Source: Obrimoposthia wandeli
Lineage: Eukaryota
NCBI GenBank assembly: GCA_977020255.1
Contig: CDROCS010001089.1
Coordinates: 310,001 to 374,000, forward strand
Direction of reading: 5' to 3'
Length of the DNA stretch: 64,000 bases
The notes under the pieces are model-generated. The model worked only from the letters and a program-made list of their open reading frames with translations, was not told the DNA's origin and ran no database searches. Shown here piece after piece: positions 38,873 through 49,897 of this stretch (positions within the stretch are counted from its first letter, which is position 1; every line of letters begins with the position of its first letter). The position numbers and the translations under genes are program-made.

Positions 38873-40390
38873 ATGCCTAACCCTTACATAAAAAAAATCC
38901 TCAAAGCGAGGGTGTATGACGCCGCGATTGAAACTCCTCTTGATGAGGCGAAAGTGCTATCTAAGCGAATTGGCAATAAGGTGCTCCTCAAACGTGAAGA
39001 TTTACAACCTGTCTTCTCTTTTAAAGTGCGTGGCGCCTATAACAAAATGGCTCAATTAAGTGATGCAGAGCGTTGTGTAGGTGTTATAACGGCCTCCGCT
39101 GGAAATCATGCTCAAGGACTGGCTATGTCCTCAAAAATTATGGGGGTAAAAGCAGTTATTGTCATGCCTAAGATTACCCCTAGTATTAAAGTCGATAATG
39201 TCATTGCTCTTGGCGGTAAAGTGATTTTACACGGCGATAACTTCGATCAAGCGAAACAACACGCAGAACAACTAGCCACAGAACACGGCTATACTTATTG
39301 CCCGCCTTTTGATGACCCCGATGTTATTGCTGGGCAAGGCACAATTGCCATGGAGATACTCAAGCAATATAGCGGTCACATCGACGCGATATTTGTGCCT
39401 GTTGGCGGTGGCGGTCTAATTGCTGGGATTGCTGTTTATATCAAATACTTAAGCCCTGAAACAAAAATAATTGGGGTAGAATCAAGTGAGTCTGCTTGCT
39501 TGAAAGCCGCTTTAGATGCGGGTGAGCGCGTTATTTTGCCACATGTAGGGATCTTTGCCGATGGTGTCGCTGTTGCACAAATCGGTAAACATACCTTTGA
39601 AATAGCCCAACAGTATGTCGATGATGTAGTTACCGTTGATACAGATGAAATTTGCGCCGCTCTGAAAGACATTTTTGATGATACACGCTCTATATGCGAG
39701 CCATCTGGCGCGCTAGCTGTAGCTGGTCTTAAGAAGTTTGTGCACAGTAATAATTGTAAACAACAAACGTTGATTGCGATAAACTCTGGCGCCAATATGA
39801 ACTTTAGTCGGTTACGTCACATTGCTGAACGTACTGACTTAGGCGAAAAGCGTGAAGCATTGTTCGCTGCCCAAATTTCAGAAAAGCCAGGCAGCTTTCG
39901 TCAATTTTGTAACACTTTAGGCAACCGCAATATTACCGAATTCAACTATAGGTATTCTGATAAAGAAATTGCCAATATTTTTGTTGGAGTAACGATTAAT
40001 CCAGATAGTGAAGAAAAAAGCGCGTTGATTAATGAGCTTTCAAACATGGACATTCCGGTTGAAGATCTCTCTGACAATGAAATTGCAAAAATACACATTC
40101 GCTACATGATAGGTGGTCATAGCCAAACGCCTGAAAAAAACGAACTTGTATTCAGATTTGAGTTTCCAGAGAAGCCTGGCGCATTACTTAAGTTTTTAGA
40201 CACTTTAGGTGGCCGCTGGAATATATCAATGTTCCATTATCGCAATCACGGATCAGATTTCGGTCGTGTTTTAGTTGCCATGCAAGCAGAAAAAGAGGAC
40301 AAACCTAATATAATCAAGTTCTTAGATGAAATTGGCTATCGTTATTGGGAAGAAACTGATAACAGAGCTTTTAAGCTGTTTTTGGGTTGA
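38873..40390 (+). CDS. ilvA: Threonine ammonia-lyase, biosynthetic
   Basis: KREDLQPVFSFKVRG, ASAGNHAQG, PVGGGGL, two C-terminal regulatory domains (FEFPEKPGAL, HYRNHG). Confidence 0.96.
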   Translation: MPNPYIKKILKARVYDAAIETPLDEAKVLSKRIGNKVLLKREDLQPVFSFKVRGAYNKMAQLSDAERCVGVITASAGNHAQGLAMSSKIMGVKAVIVMPKITPSIKVDNVIALGGKVILHGDNFDQAKQHAEQLATEHGYTYCPPFDDPDVIAGQGTIAMEILKQYSGHIDAIFVPVGGGGLIAGIAVYIKYLSPETKIIGVESSESACLKAALDAGERVILPHVGIFADGVAVAQIGKHTFEIAQQYVDDVVTVDTDEICAALKDIFDDTRSICEPSGALAVAGLKKFVHSNNCKQQTLIAINSGANMNFSRLRHIAERTDLGEKREALFAAQISEKPGSFRQFCNTLGNRNITEFNYRYSDKEIANIFVGVTINPDSEEKSALINELSNMDIPVEDLSDNEIAKIHIRYMIGGHSQTPEKNELVFRFEFPEKPGALLKFLDTLGGRWNISMFHYRNHGSDFGRVLVAMQAEKEDKPNIIKFLDEIGYRYWEETDNRAFKLFLG

Positions 40391-40416
40391 TTTAATACTA
40401 GCGTGAGCTTAATGAT

Positions 40417-40452
40417 CGAATGAGGCTTAAAAGTGCTTTTAAGCCTCATTCG
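40417..40452. terminator. Bidirectional terminator hairpin
   Basis: CGAATGAGGCTTAAAA-GTGC-TTTTAAGCCTCATTCG perfect 16-bp arms. Confidence 0.65.
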
Positions 40453-40526
40453 TGCCTTCTCTACCTATATGTATAACCATACCAATAGTGTTAAACCACA
40501 CCTAGACGTAAGAATCTAACTTTGAG

Positions 40527-41033
40527 TCAATTCTCTGGCACTCCTGGCGGAAAATCAGATTTCTTGCCTGAAAAAATCTGAACAGAAAAAATGACCATCG
40601 ATACAAACCCCCAACTTAAACCTATCACGACCCCTACGTCTAAAATCCCCCGCCAGGGCATTGGCAAATACCCCACTAGTTTCACTATCGAGAATATTAC
40701 CAAGCTTAAACAAACAATAAAAATAATTCGTTTTCGCTCCGCATCGAAAAAACCTAAACAAAAAAATGGAGCAAAAATGAAGCGCTTAACGGTTACATGA
40801 TTCGCCAAATAATAAAGCCTAGCTGCGACTCTCGGTGAAAAACCTTTCTGAAATCCCTTGTAGCCTTCGTAGTAAGCCATTATGAAAACCCAAATTATCA
40901 TAATGATCCAATGTATGGGAGCAAGGTTTTGTAACTGTAATTGGCTACTTACTTCGAGTAATCTTGAAATAGCACTTCCAAGAAACACACAGACACCAAT
41001 AAAACCCCAAGCTGCTGCTACTTTTCCAAACAC
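40527..41033 (-). CDS. Hypothetical membrane protein (about 4 TM)
   Basis: 168-aa hydrophobic ORF with conserved-looking core MAYYEGYKGFQKGFSPRVAAR and APFFCLGFF; no family recognised. Confidence 0.7.
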   Translation of the reverse strand: MFGKVAAAWGFIGVCVFLGSAISRLLEVSSQLQLQNLAPIHWIIMIIWVFIMAYYEGYKGFQKGFSPRVAARLYYLANHVTVKRFIFAPFFCLGFFDAERKRIIFIVCLSLVIFSIVKLVGYLPMPWRGILDVGVVIGLSWGFVSMVIFSVQIFSGKKSDFPPGVPEN

Positions 41034-41421
41034 TTCGATATCCCTAAATTTTTAATTATATCAATTGTTACTGTTTTTATACACATTTCAAATCTTTGGT
41101 AAACTTATGTTCCAACTTTCTATTAAGAACTTCCCAGAGCAAGCCTTCGTGGTAAATTTTATTTCGCGAAGAAAGTGATTCATAGAACATTTTCTAATTG
41201 ACGGTCTTTTCCTTTATTATTAAAAAACTTCAATCATCACTTCATCAATATGCTTATATACACTTTTAGCATTATCTTCATTGATCCAGACTATCCGCAT
41301 TGACCTATTAAAAACATTAACTTACAAGAATCTCTTTATAGCTTATGACACTTGCTATTATAACTTAAGTTGACGAGCGCATGTAGTGATGATCAGTATC
41401 AGCCATTGCAAACTTAGCATG

Positions 41422-41437
41422 AGTTCCACGTGAAACT
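41422..41437. other. parS centromere-like site
   Basis: AGTTCCACGTGAAACT, 13/16 to TGTTTCACGTGAAACA, palindromic, intergenic. Confidence 0.7.
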
Positions 41438-41580
41438 AATGCTACTTAAGTCTATGTACTTTGAAGCAATAAACAAAGTAAGCTTCAACAATTAATCAGA
41501 TATAATTTAAGCTCAATTACAGGTTCAATACTAGCAACAGATTAATAGTACTTATGAGCTTTTATCCGAATTAATGAGAA

Positions 41581-42414
41581 TTACAATAAATTTCTAAGTG
41601 ATTTAATGACACTTTGTGTATCAGGACGAACATTACGCCAGATGTAAAAAGATTCTGCTGCCTGCTCAACAAGCATCCCCAAACCATCTAGCGTAGTTTG
41701 CGCTCCTAATTCGTTACCCCATTTATTAAAAACAGTTTGCTCAGGACTATACATCATATCGTAAAGGTAACTATTACAACCGACAATGAGCTTAGGAACA
41801 GGCAATAACTGATTATTAAGTGACGCAGCAGTGCCGTTAATAATTAAATCGTATGAACGGTTTAATTCCACAAACTCAGCCACTTGTATCGTAAACTTAG
41901 ATTCGAATATAACTGCTAACTGTTGAGCAGTGGCTAGAGTGCGGTTGGCGATTGTTATGCTCGCTGGGCTTTCATCGATAATAGCTTGAAGCACGCCGCG
42001 TACTGCTCCTCCGGCTCCCAGAATTAGTATATGACGACCTTCAAACGAAAATCTATTATTCACTTTTAAGTCTGTAACCAAACCAACACCATCAGTATTA
42101 TCTCCGAAAATCATATTATCTCGAAAACTCAATGTGTTAACAGCACCAGCTAACTCTGCACACGAAGAACGCTGTTGTGATAAGCTCCATGCTAATTGTT
42201 TAAATGGCAGTGTGACATTAACGCCCTTAATATTGGACTCTTGAAATATTTTAACAGCTTCATCAAACTGGCCCAATTCGATAAGGTGAGAATTGTATGT
42301 CATCCCTTGATTAGTTTGATTGGCAAACATTTGATGAATTTGAGGACTTTTTGTATGCCCTATAGGGTTTCCAACCACTAAATAATCATCAAGGTCTTGT
42401 GCTACCTTTACCAT
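41581..42414 (-). CDS. aroE: Shikimate dehydrogenase
   Basis: GNPIGHTKSP, NVTLPFK, GDNTDG, GAGGA, DMMY, GLGMLVEQA. Confidence 0.96.
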   Translation of the reverse strand: MVKVAQDLDDYLVVGNPIGHTKSPQIHQMFANQTNQGMTYNSHLIELGQFDEAVKIFQESNIKGVNVTLPFKQLAWSLSQQRSSCAELAGAVNTLSFRDNMIFGDNTDGVGLVTDLKVNNRFSFEGRHILILGAGGAVRGVLQAIIDESPASITIANRTLATAQQLAVIFESKFTIQVAEFVELNRSYDLIINGTAASLNNQLLPVPKLIVGCNSYLYDMMYSPEQTVFNKWGNELGAQTTLDGLGMLVEQAAESFYIWRNVRPDTQSVIKSLRNLL

Positions 42415-42418
42415 ATAC

Positions 42419-43333
42419 TCAACACTCCAGCCAGTTTCTATTTGTTAGGTAAATGCTGTATAAATCTGATTCTTTACTGTTTTCAGCTACTTGGTAATCA
42501 TAGCTCCATTTAACATTAGGCGGTAATGACATTAAAATTGACTCTGTTCTACCATTAGACTGCAACCCAAATAACGTGCCTCTATCGTAAACAAGATTGA
42601 ACTCTACATAACGTCCACGCCTGTGTAACTGAAAATCTTTTTGTTGCAGTGAAAACGCTTCATTTCTCCTTCGTTCAACAATCGGTACGTAAGCATTAAG
42701 ATAACTATTACCAATAGATTGCATTAAAGAGAAACTGTGATTGAAATCTGGGGCACATAAATCATCGAAAAATAGCCCACCAATACCTCTAGGCTCGTCT
42801 CTGTGTTTTATATAAAAGTAGTCATCGCACCACTGTTTATAAGAAGAATATACATCTAATCCAAAAGGATCACAGCTATCCTTAGCTACTTGGTGCCAAT
42901 GAATGCAATCTTCTTCATAACCATAGTAAGGCGTAAGGTCTAACCCACCTCCAAACCACCAAACAGGCTCTTCTCCCGCTTTTGTCGCAATAAAAAAGCG
43001 TACATTCGCGTGGGAGGTTGGTACATGCGGGTTATGAGAATGAACAACCAATGAAACACCCATCGCTTGAAAACTTCTTCCTGCGAGCTCCGGTCTGTTA
43101 GCTGTAGCAGAGGCAGGCATTTTTTCGCCGAACACATGAGAGAAATTAACGCCGCCCTTTTCGAAAACGGCACCGTTGGTAATCAACCTAGTGATACCAC
43201 TGCCTCCTTCAGGTCTATCCCAACAATCTTCGCTAAAGGTTTGCTCACCATCAACTTGTGCTAATTTTGTGCAAATGGCCTGCTGTAAATTTAATAGATA
43301 ATCTTTAACAGCGCCTACGTTTATTTCAGTCAT
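42419..43333 (-). CDS. hemF: Oxygen-dependent coproporphyrinogen III oxidase
   Basis: [36 protein letters not shown]. Confidence 0.97.
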   Translation of the reverse strand: MTEINVGAVKDYLLNLQQAICTKLAQVDGEQTFSEDCWDRPEGGSGITRLITNGAVFEKGGVNFSHVFGEKMPASATANRPELAGRSFQAMGVSLVVHSHNPHVPTSHANVRFFIATKAGEEPVWWFGGGLDLTPYYGYEEDCIHWHQVAKDSCDPFGLDVYSSYKQWCDDYFYIKHRDEPRGIGGLFFDDLCAPDFNHSFSLMQSIGNSYLNAYVPIVERRRNEAFSLQQKDFQLHRRGRYVEFNLVYDRGTLFGLQSNGRTESILMSLPPNVKWSYDYQVAENSKESDLYSIYLTNRNWLEC

Positions 43334-43417
43334 TATTAAACCTATAGAAATATAATTTGATGAGAAATAGCTGGTTAGGACAATAACATTACTACAAGGA
43401 AGAATAGCAAAGCTATG

Positions 43418-43978
43418 CTAGCGATGTATCATACTGTCTTTTAATGAAATTATTGTACTGGGCTCTTTTGAACTACCAAGGTTGCCTGAGACATACAGTG
43501 CAACAGATTTTCCAAAGTAAGCTTGAGCTTCGCCATGAGAGATTGCGGGAAGAAGATTGCTAGGGTTGGCTGAAGTAGAAACTAAAAGCCCACCAAAGGC
43601 ATCACATAGAGCTTTAACTACTGGATGTGCGCTTACTCTAACTGCTACTGTACTATGCTTACCTTTTATCCATTGAGGAATACAATCACTCGGGTCCTCA
43701 ATCAGCCAGGTAGTAGGCCCCGGCCAGCTTTGTTGCAGCTTAAGGTATTGAGAGCCTGTTACATTAACTAACAAAGCCTCCACTTGATTAATCTTGCTAG
43801 CAACAAGAATTAAACCTTTTTCTGGTTCTCGGTTTTTAATTGTTAAAATATGCTCTACGGCTGCCTGGTTAAAAGGATCACAACCCAAACCCCAAACAGC
43901 CTCAGTTGGATAAGCAATAACGCCACCGTTGAAAATAACATCAACAGCTTGTTGAATTTTTTGGTTACTTTTTAACAA
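43418..43978 (-). CDS. tsaC: Threonylcarbamoyl-AMP synthase (YrdC/Sua5 family)
   Basis: YPTEAVWGLGCDP, KGLIL, PGPTT, STSAN. Confidence 0.93.
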   Translation of the reverse strand: MLKSNQKIQQAVDVIFNGGVIAYPTEAVWGLGCDPFNQAAVEHILTIKNREPEKGLILVASKINQVEALLVNVTGSQYLKLQQSWPGPTTWLIEDPSDCIPQWIKGKHSTVAVRVSAHPVVKALCDAFGGLLVSTSANPSNLLPAISHGEAQAYFGKSVALYVSGNLGSSKEPSTIISLKDSMIHR

Positions 43979-44009
43979 CTAAAAACCTTTTTAAAACGTT
44001 ACTTAAATT

Positions 44010-44522
44010 TTAGATTTCGCCACTTGCAAGCTTAGCTTGTAAATCTTTATCTTTAGCAATGACGCTTTGCGAATTAGCAAGCCTATCAGCTTTAACTCTG
44101 GCTGCTAGATCAGGGTCAGCAACAGCCATTATTTGAGCCGCTAAGTAAGCTGCGTTTTTTGCACCGGCTTTTCCGATAGCAACTGTCGCTACAGGGATAC
44201 CACCTGGCATTTGCACAGTAGAAAGCAGTGCATCTAAACCATCGAGAGATGATTCTATTGGAACACCTATAACCGGTTTAGTAGTAGCAGCAGCAACAGC
44301 ACCTGCAAGATGCGCAGCCATACCCGCAGCGCATATAAAAGCAACCGCACCACGCTGATCTGCATTAGTAACATAATCGTGTGTATAAGCCGGTGTTCGG
44401 TGCGCTGAGCTAATTTTAACTTCAAATTCAACCTGCAAACTTCTCAACACTGCAATTGAAGCTTTCATGATCGGTAAATCAGAATCAGAGCCCATTAAAA
44501 TGGCGATAAACGGTTTTGACAT
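44010..44522 (-). CDS. purE: N5-carboxyaminoimidazole ribonucleotide mutase
   Basis: [27 protein letters not shown]. Confidence 0.96.
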   Translation of the reverse strand: MSKPFIAILMGSDSDLPIMKASIAVLRSLQVEFEVKISSAHRTPAYTHDYVTNADQRGAVAFICAAGMAAHLAGAVAAATTKPVIGVPIESSLDGLDALLSTVQMPGGIPVATVAIGKAGAKNAAYLAAQIMAVADPDLAARVKADRLANSQSVIAKDKDLQAKLASGEI

Positions 44523-44647
44523 AACAGTTCCTAAATTAGATTAATATTGCTTGTATTGTCCATATGTCGATAACAAATTTCAACTACTAAAGTAAGAAAT
44601 TTTAGCGGTTGTAATATAAAATAACTGTTATAGAAGCACTCTATACT

Positions 44648-45760
44648 CTATTTAATACGCCTGTAGTTGTCGGCATTCGATTCAATATAACCCAGTAATT
44701 CAAGCTCAACTAAAAGCGAAGTTAACTCGATTGGATTTAGACAAGTATTAAAAGCAATTTGATTAAAATTACAAAAAGAGAAATCTATACATTCTAACAA
44801 CTTTGATAGATGTACTGGTATAAATGTTGCAAAAGCTTCAGATGCCGTTAAAGCTTCAACAGGTATTTTTACGGCACTAAAACCTCCTAACTCTTGACAG
44901 ATATCATCAATAGATTCAACCAGATTTGCTCCTTGTTTAATCAAGCCATGGCAGCCCTTACTGCCTGCATACTCTATAGGACCCGGTACTGCGAACACTT
45001 CTCTATTTTGCTCTAACGCCATACGCGCGGTAATTAGCGTACCGCTCTTTTCTCTAGCTTCAACAACTAATACACCTAAGGCTAGACCACTTATTATTCT
45101 ATTCCTTCGCGGGAAATTTGCAGGCAATGCTCTCATACCAGGCAAATATTCTGAAACCCAACAACCATGCTCAAGAATGCTATCAGCAAATTGCTGGTGT
45201 TGCTGAGGGTATACTCTGTCTAATCCAGTCCCCATTACTGCGATTGTAGGCTTACCAATATCTAGTACTCCCCTATGGGCTGCTATGTCGACACCTTGGG
45301 CAAGCCCGCTGGTAACAACAAACCCAGAGGCTGCCAATTGTTGAGCAAAAGAATAGGCGCTATTCAGACTAGAAGAACTCGCTTTACGACTGCCCACAAT
45401 GGCTATTTGTGGTTCCGTTAAAACAGAAGCATTGCCTCGATAGAAAATAAAGGCTGGGCTATCAGGGATGTGTTTAAGTATTAATGGAAATTTAGCTTGG
45501 GAAGGGCTTAGCATATGAATGCTATTTTGTTGCATTAAATCGGTTACATGACTAACTTTATCTAATAAAGGACCTTTGTCATCTAAAAAATCAAGAAACT
45601 GTGTGGTATTTAATTTACCTAAAACCCGCTGTAAATCTAGAGCAGGAAAATTGACTTCTATATCAACATTCTCTACCACTAGCTTAATTTTCTTTCTACC
45701 AACATTAGGCAATAGACTCAATGCTAGTAGCAATCTATCAGTTTTGCACAACATACTCAC
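44648..45760 (-). CDS. dprA: DNA-processing protein DprA (Smf)
   Basis: IVGSR, SGLAQGVD, FPRRNRIISGL, VVEAREKSGTLITA, VFAVPG. Confidence 0.95.
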   Translation of the reverse strand: MSMLCKTDRLLLALSLLPNVGRKKIKLVVENVDIEVNFPALDLQRVLGKLNTTQFLDFLDDKGPLLDKVSHVTDLMQQNSIHMLSPSQAKFPLILKHIPDSPAFIFYRGNASVLTEPQIAIVGSRKASSSSLNSAYSFAQQLAASGFVVTSGLAQGVDIAAHRGVLDIGKPTIAVMGTGLDRVYPQQHQQFADSILEHGCWVSEYLPGMRALPANFPRRNRIISGLALGVLVVEAREKSGTLITARMALEQNREVFAVPGPIEYAGSKGCHGLIKQGANLVESIDDICQELGGFSAVKIPVEALTASEAFATFIPVHLSKLLECIDFSFCNFNQIAFNTCLNPIELTSLLVELELLGYIESNADNYRRIK

Positions 45761-45794
45761 CTCTAGGTAATAGCGGTGAGTATTAGCAACATAA

Positions 45795-46829
45795 TTATTT
45801 TACACTTTGTAAATAATCACCGGCAGAAATAAGATCCTTTGCATTAAGCACAATGCCGTAACTTAAATTATTAAAGACACTTACAACCATCAGCTCTCCA
45901 ACAACCTGTTTTCCAATAGTAACCAACTTACTACTACGAGGGTCTTTAACTTGCCTTGGCGCTTTAGCAATATTAAATACATGCCCGGGGTACAAGCCCT
46001 CTGCTTCACCAAGGTTTAGCACAACTGCATCATATGGTGAAATATTTAATGTATCATTTACAGGTGACAATATTTTTCCGTGTATGCCATCAGGCGCAGC
46101 GGCTAAATAGTAAAAAGGCTTCAAGCTAAGCTCTTGGCTCCTAATAAGGAAATCCCCTTTCTTAATTAACCCTTTTGCTCGCATTATCTTTGCTTTAGAG
46201 ACATCACCTTCCATTTCAATAATTTCTAAGGTGCCTACTTTGACAATTTCAGTATTTCTAATATCAAGGCCATCATCTAATCCGTAGTCCTTGCCTGTTC
46301 TATAAATATGGTATTCATTAAAATCAGGATCTAACACCCCTTTTATAAAAACTTCGTCGCCTGTGGAGATTAATTCTCTCAAACCGGCATTAGCAAGTAT
46401 ATAGGGCATTTTGTTAATGCGACTAGCTTCTACAATTCGGTTACTTTCTATGAAACCTTGTATAGCTTCCCTAGGAATTGCTGTTATTGGGGAAAATCGA
46501 TCTGGTGATCTAATTTTAGGTGATAATCTCAAAACGCCATCTTTGCTGGTGCTTAAATAAGGCTTACCATTTTTATACAGCAGATAGATTGTGTCATTTG
46601 GGTAAATCAAGTGGGGGTTTTTAATTTGACTGTTTTGCTCCCAAATAGTAGGCCAAAGCCATGGAGAATTTAAAAATACGCCCGCTATATCCCATAAAGT
46701 ATCACCCTTTTTAACTTTATACAGATCTGGTGAATCTTCTTTTAACAAGTTCTGCGAATTAACTACAGTCGCGAGCATCATCAAAAAAACGAAAGTAACA
46801 GATTTTTTGACTATATGAAATCGGCACAT
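45795..46829 (-). CDS. LysM peptidoglycan-binding protein (TsaP-like)
   Basis: Signal peptide, YKVKKGDTLWDIA..LWPTIW..N.QIKNPHLIYP; usual position between def and dprA. Confidence 0.88.
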   Translation of the reverse strand: MCRFHIVKKSVTFVFLMMLATVVNSQNLLKEDSPDLYKVKKGDTLWDIAGVFLNSPWLWPTIWEQNSQIKNPHLIYPNDTIYLLYKNGKPYLSTSKDGVLRLSPKIRSPDRFSPITAIPREAIQGFIESNRIVEASRINKMPYILANAGLRELISTGDEVFIKGVLDPDFNEYHIYRTGKDYGLDDGLDIRNTEIVKVGTLEIIEMEGDVSKAKIMRAKGLIKKGDFLIRSQELSLKPFYYLAAAPDGIHGKILSPVNDTLNISPYDAVVLNLGEAEGLYPGHVFNIAKAPRQVKDPRSSKLVTIGKQVVGELMVVSVFNNLSYGIVLNAKDLISAGDYLQSVK

Positions 46830-47000
46830 AAATACCTCATTTAAAAATGAATTAACTCAAAATATTATTTGAGTTACATATTACCTCTAATACTCTAAAC
46901 ACTCCTATAAAAAACGCATTAAAATCTAACAAATTAGCACCAAGTCTAAGTATAATAAACAGTAAAGAAAATTAACTATCCACTAATACGGTTTGTAATT

Positions 47001-47504
47001 ATGGCGCTTCTCCCTATTTTAGAATTCCCTGATCAACGCTTAAGAACAATAGCGAGTGAAGTAACTGAATTTGGCAACACTCTTGAAAAAATTGTCAGTG
47101 ATATGTTTGAGACGATGTACAAAGCACCAGGAATAGGCCTAGCTGCAACACAAGTTGATATACACCAACGCATAATTACACTTGATGTGTCTGAGGAAAA
47201 AAATGAGCCTTTTATTTTGATCAACCCTACATTTCAAGTTGTAGATAACACTACAGACAAAATGCAGGAAGGTTGCTTATCCGTTCCCGGCTTTTATGAA
47301 GATATCACTCGACCTAGACATATCCAAGTTAAGTTCCAAGATCAATACGGCACTAAGCTAGAAATAGAAGCTTTTGATTTACTAGCTGTTTGCATTCAAC
47401 ATGAAATTGACCACCTAGAAGGTAAATTATTCGTTGATTATTTATCAAAGCTAAAGCGAAGCCGCATCAAAACGAAGCTAGAAAAAGCACATAAGAACAA
47501 TTAA
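47001..47504 (+). CDS. def: Peptide deformylase
   Basis: [20 protein letters not shown]. Confidence 0.97.
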   Translation: MALLPILEFPDQRLRTIASEVTEFGNTLEKIVSDMFETMYKAPGIGLAATQVDIHQRIITLDVSEEKNEPFILINPTFQVVDNTTDKMQEGCLSVPGFYEDITRPRHIQVKFQDQYGTKLEIEAFDLLAVCIQHEIDHLEGKLFVDYLSKLKRSRIKTKLEKAHKNN

Positions 47505-47606
47505 TTAGAAGCCGAAGTTAAAGCATTCATTTTACATTAGAGTATTCGTTTAGCACTCAATTAATAGTGATTACTACACTCGGTAAAACATAGTTAAAGG
47601 TAAAAA

Positions 47607-48605
47607 ATGCAAAAAAGTTTGAGAATTATATTTGCCGGCACACCAGAGTTTGCCGCTCAGACACTACAATCGTTGATAAAAAGTCATCACGATATAGTCG
47701 CCGTCTATACACAACCTGATAGGCCATCAGGGAGAGGCAAGAAATTGAGTCGTTCTGCTGTCAAGAAAACGGCTTTAGATAACTGCATTGCTACTTATCA
47801 GCCGCTGAATTTTAAAAATGATGCTGATTTGAAAACGTTGCAAAATATTGAGGCTGACATCATGGTTGTTGTTGCCTACGGCATCATTCTACCTTCATCT
47901 GTGCTATCAGCCCCACCCCTCGGCTGTATTAACGTGCATGCATCGTTACTACCTAGATGGCGTGGTGCAGCCCCAATAGAAAGAGCACTACTTGCTGGTG
48001 ACACAGAGACTGGCATTACCATCATGCAAATGGACCAAGGCCTAGATACCGGTGATATGCTTAATAAGTGCAGTGTGGACATTACTCCTACCACCACCAG
48101 CGGTCACCTATATCAACAACTAGTTCACATTGGAGCCTCTTCATTAATTTCGACATTGGATCAGCTAGCTGGTAATACTGCCATCGCAGTTAAACAAGAT
48201 AACAATCTGAGTTGCTATGCCGAAAAACTTTATAAGGCAGAAGGCAATATTAATTGGCAGTGCACCGCTGAAGAAATATCCCGCCAAGTCAGAGGCTTAT
48301 CCCCCAGACCAGTAGCATTTTCTTCATTAAATGACCATGTTATTAGAATTTGGAATGCCGTTAGTATTACTAACTCATTGCCTGAACTAAGCCCTGATCA
48401 GACCTTTGATAATCAGCAATGTGGCACTATCACTAAAGCCGACAAAAACGGTATTGAAGTTGCTTGCCTTTTTGGTAGTAAATTAGTCATTAAAGAGCTA
48501 CAACTTCCAGGTGGTAAGCACTTAACTGCACAGCAAGTTATAAATTCGAAAAAAGAATTATTCCTTCCTGGCAACAAATTTATACAGCAGACTAAATCAA
48601 TATGA
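47607..48605 (+). CDS. fmt: Methionyl-tRNA formyltransferase
   Basis: IIFAGTPEFA, NVHASLLPRWRGAAPI, MDQGLDTG. Confidence 0.97.
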   Translation: MQKSLRIIFAGTPEFAAQTLQSLIKSHHDIVAVYTQPDRPSGRGKKLSRSAVKKTALDNCIATYQPLNFKNDADLKTLQNIEADIMVVVAYGIILPSSVLSAPPLGCINVHASLLPRWRGAAPIERALLAGDTETGITIMQMDQGLDTGDMLNKCSVDITPTTTSGHLYQQLVHIGASSLISTLDQLAGNTAIAVKQDNNLSCYAEKLYKAEGNINWQCTAEEISRQVRGLSPRPVAFSSLNDHVIRIWNAVSITNSLPELSPDQTFDNQQCGTITKADKNGIEVACLFGSKLVIKELQLPGGKHLTAQQVINSKKELFLPGNKFIQQTKSI

Positions 48606-49897
48606 ACTCTAGATACCTAGCCGTTAAGGCGCTTACTCCCCTTTTAAATCATAATGGGTCTCTAAAGTATTCTCTTAAACAGCAACTGCAGCTCTGTCCA
48701 GAGGAACAAAGACCTCTTTTACAGCAGCTCTGTTACGGATCTATGCGTTACTATAACCAACTAGAATTAATTATTGATGACTTAGTCAGCAAGCCGTTGA
48801 AACGCAAAGATCAAGATATAGTAGCTTTGCTAATGATTGGAATTTACCAACTATATAAACTCAACATTGCTGATCATGCTGCTATCAATCAAACCGTAAA
48901 TGTTTGTGAACAGCTTAACAAGCCTTGGGCAACTTCTTTAGTTAACGCAACGCTCAGAACGTTTCAAAGACAGAAAGAGCAAATACTCGAAAAACTTGTT
49001 GATAATAACTCCTTTAAATTCAATCACCCAAATTGGTTTATTGAGAAGTTAAAACACAACTGGCCGAACCATTGGCAGCAAATTCTTGGTGCCAATGATG
49101 CCCATCCACCTTTAACTTTAAGAGTTAACCTTAATAAGGTTTCACGTGAAACACTAATATCCAAGTTGAAAGAGATGGATATTGATAGCATAGCAACTGA
49201 GTTTTCAAAGTATGGCATCACTCTGGATAAAGCAACAGATGTAACCAAATTACCAGGTTGGGATGAAGGGCACATCAGCGTACAAGACGAAGCCGCACAG
49301 CTAGCAGCCGGTTTAGTAAAACCACTACCCGATCAAAACATACTAGACGCTTGCAGTGCACCTGGTGGGAAATTACTGCACCTACTTGAGCTAACTGACT
49401 GTCAGTCAACAAGAATTCAAGGGCTAGAATTAGAAGAGCATAGGGTAGAAAGAATAAAAGAGAATTTTTTCCGTTTAGACTTAGAATGCCACATACATAT
49501 TGCAGATGCGGCTGGCAAAACCTGGTGGGACGAGAAACCGTTTAACACCATTCTATTAGATGCTCCATGCAGCGCTACTGGTGTTATAAGGAGGAATCCA
49601 GATATAAAATTACTTAGAAGGGCTGAAGATATACACTCTACTGCAAAGCTACAAAGAGCTATTCTACAAAATATGTGGGAAATGCTAGCTGACAAAGGAA
49701 GGCTCGTATACGCAACGTGTTCTATATTCGCGCAAGAAAATGAAAAGATGATAGCTTCATTTGTAAAAGCTAACACAGATGCTAAGCACATAGAGATAGA
49801 AGCTGATTGGGGAGAGAAAAGAGAATACGGTAGACAGCTCTTTCCAAAAAACGGAGCACACGATGGGTTCTATTACGCTGTACTAGAAAAGACTTAA
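48602..49897 (+). CDS. rsmB: 16S rRNA m5C967 methyltransferase
   Basis: NusB-like N-terminus, VQDEAAQ, DACSAPGGK, DAPCSATG, VYATCS, DGFYYA. Confidence 0.96.
   Translation: MNSRYLAVKALTPLLNHNGSLKYSLKQQLQLCPEEQRPLLQQLCYGSMRYYNQLELIIDDLVSKPLKRKDQDIVALLMIGIYQLYKLNIADHAAINQTVNVCEQLNKPWATSLVNATLRTFQRQKEQILEKLVDNNSFKFNHPNWFIEKLKHNWPNHWQQILGANDAHPPLTLRVNLNKVSRETLISKLKEMDIDSIATEFSKYGITLDKATDVTKLPGWDEGHISVQDEAAQLAAGLVKPLPDQNILDACSAPGGKLLHLLELTDCQSTRIQGLELEEHRVERIKENFFRLDLECHIHIADAAGKTWWDEKPFNTILLDAPCSATGVIRRNPDIKLLRRAEDIHSTAKLQRAILQNMWEMLADKGRLVYATCSIFAQENEKMIASFVKANTDAKHIEIEADWGEKREYGRQLFPKNGAHDGFYYAVLEKT
49138..49153. other. parS centromere-like site inside rsmB
   Basis: GGTTTCACGTGAAACA, 15/16 to consensus; encodes the VSRET peptide. 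Confidence 0.75.

Noticed and set aside
41060-41300. Short minus-strand ORFs (MRIVWINEDNAKSVYKHIDEVMIEVF; MFYESLSSRNKIYHEGLLWEVLNRKLEHKFTKDLKCV) as a possible pseudogene
   Set aside because: Protein-like but I recognise no family and RBS spacing is poor; a tBLASTN/BLASTX search would be needed.
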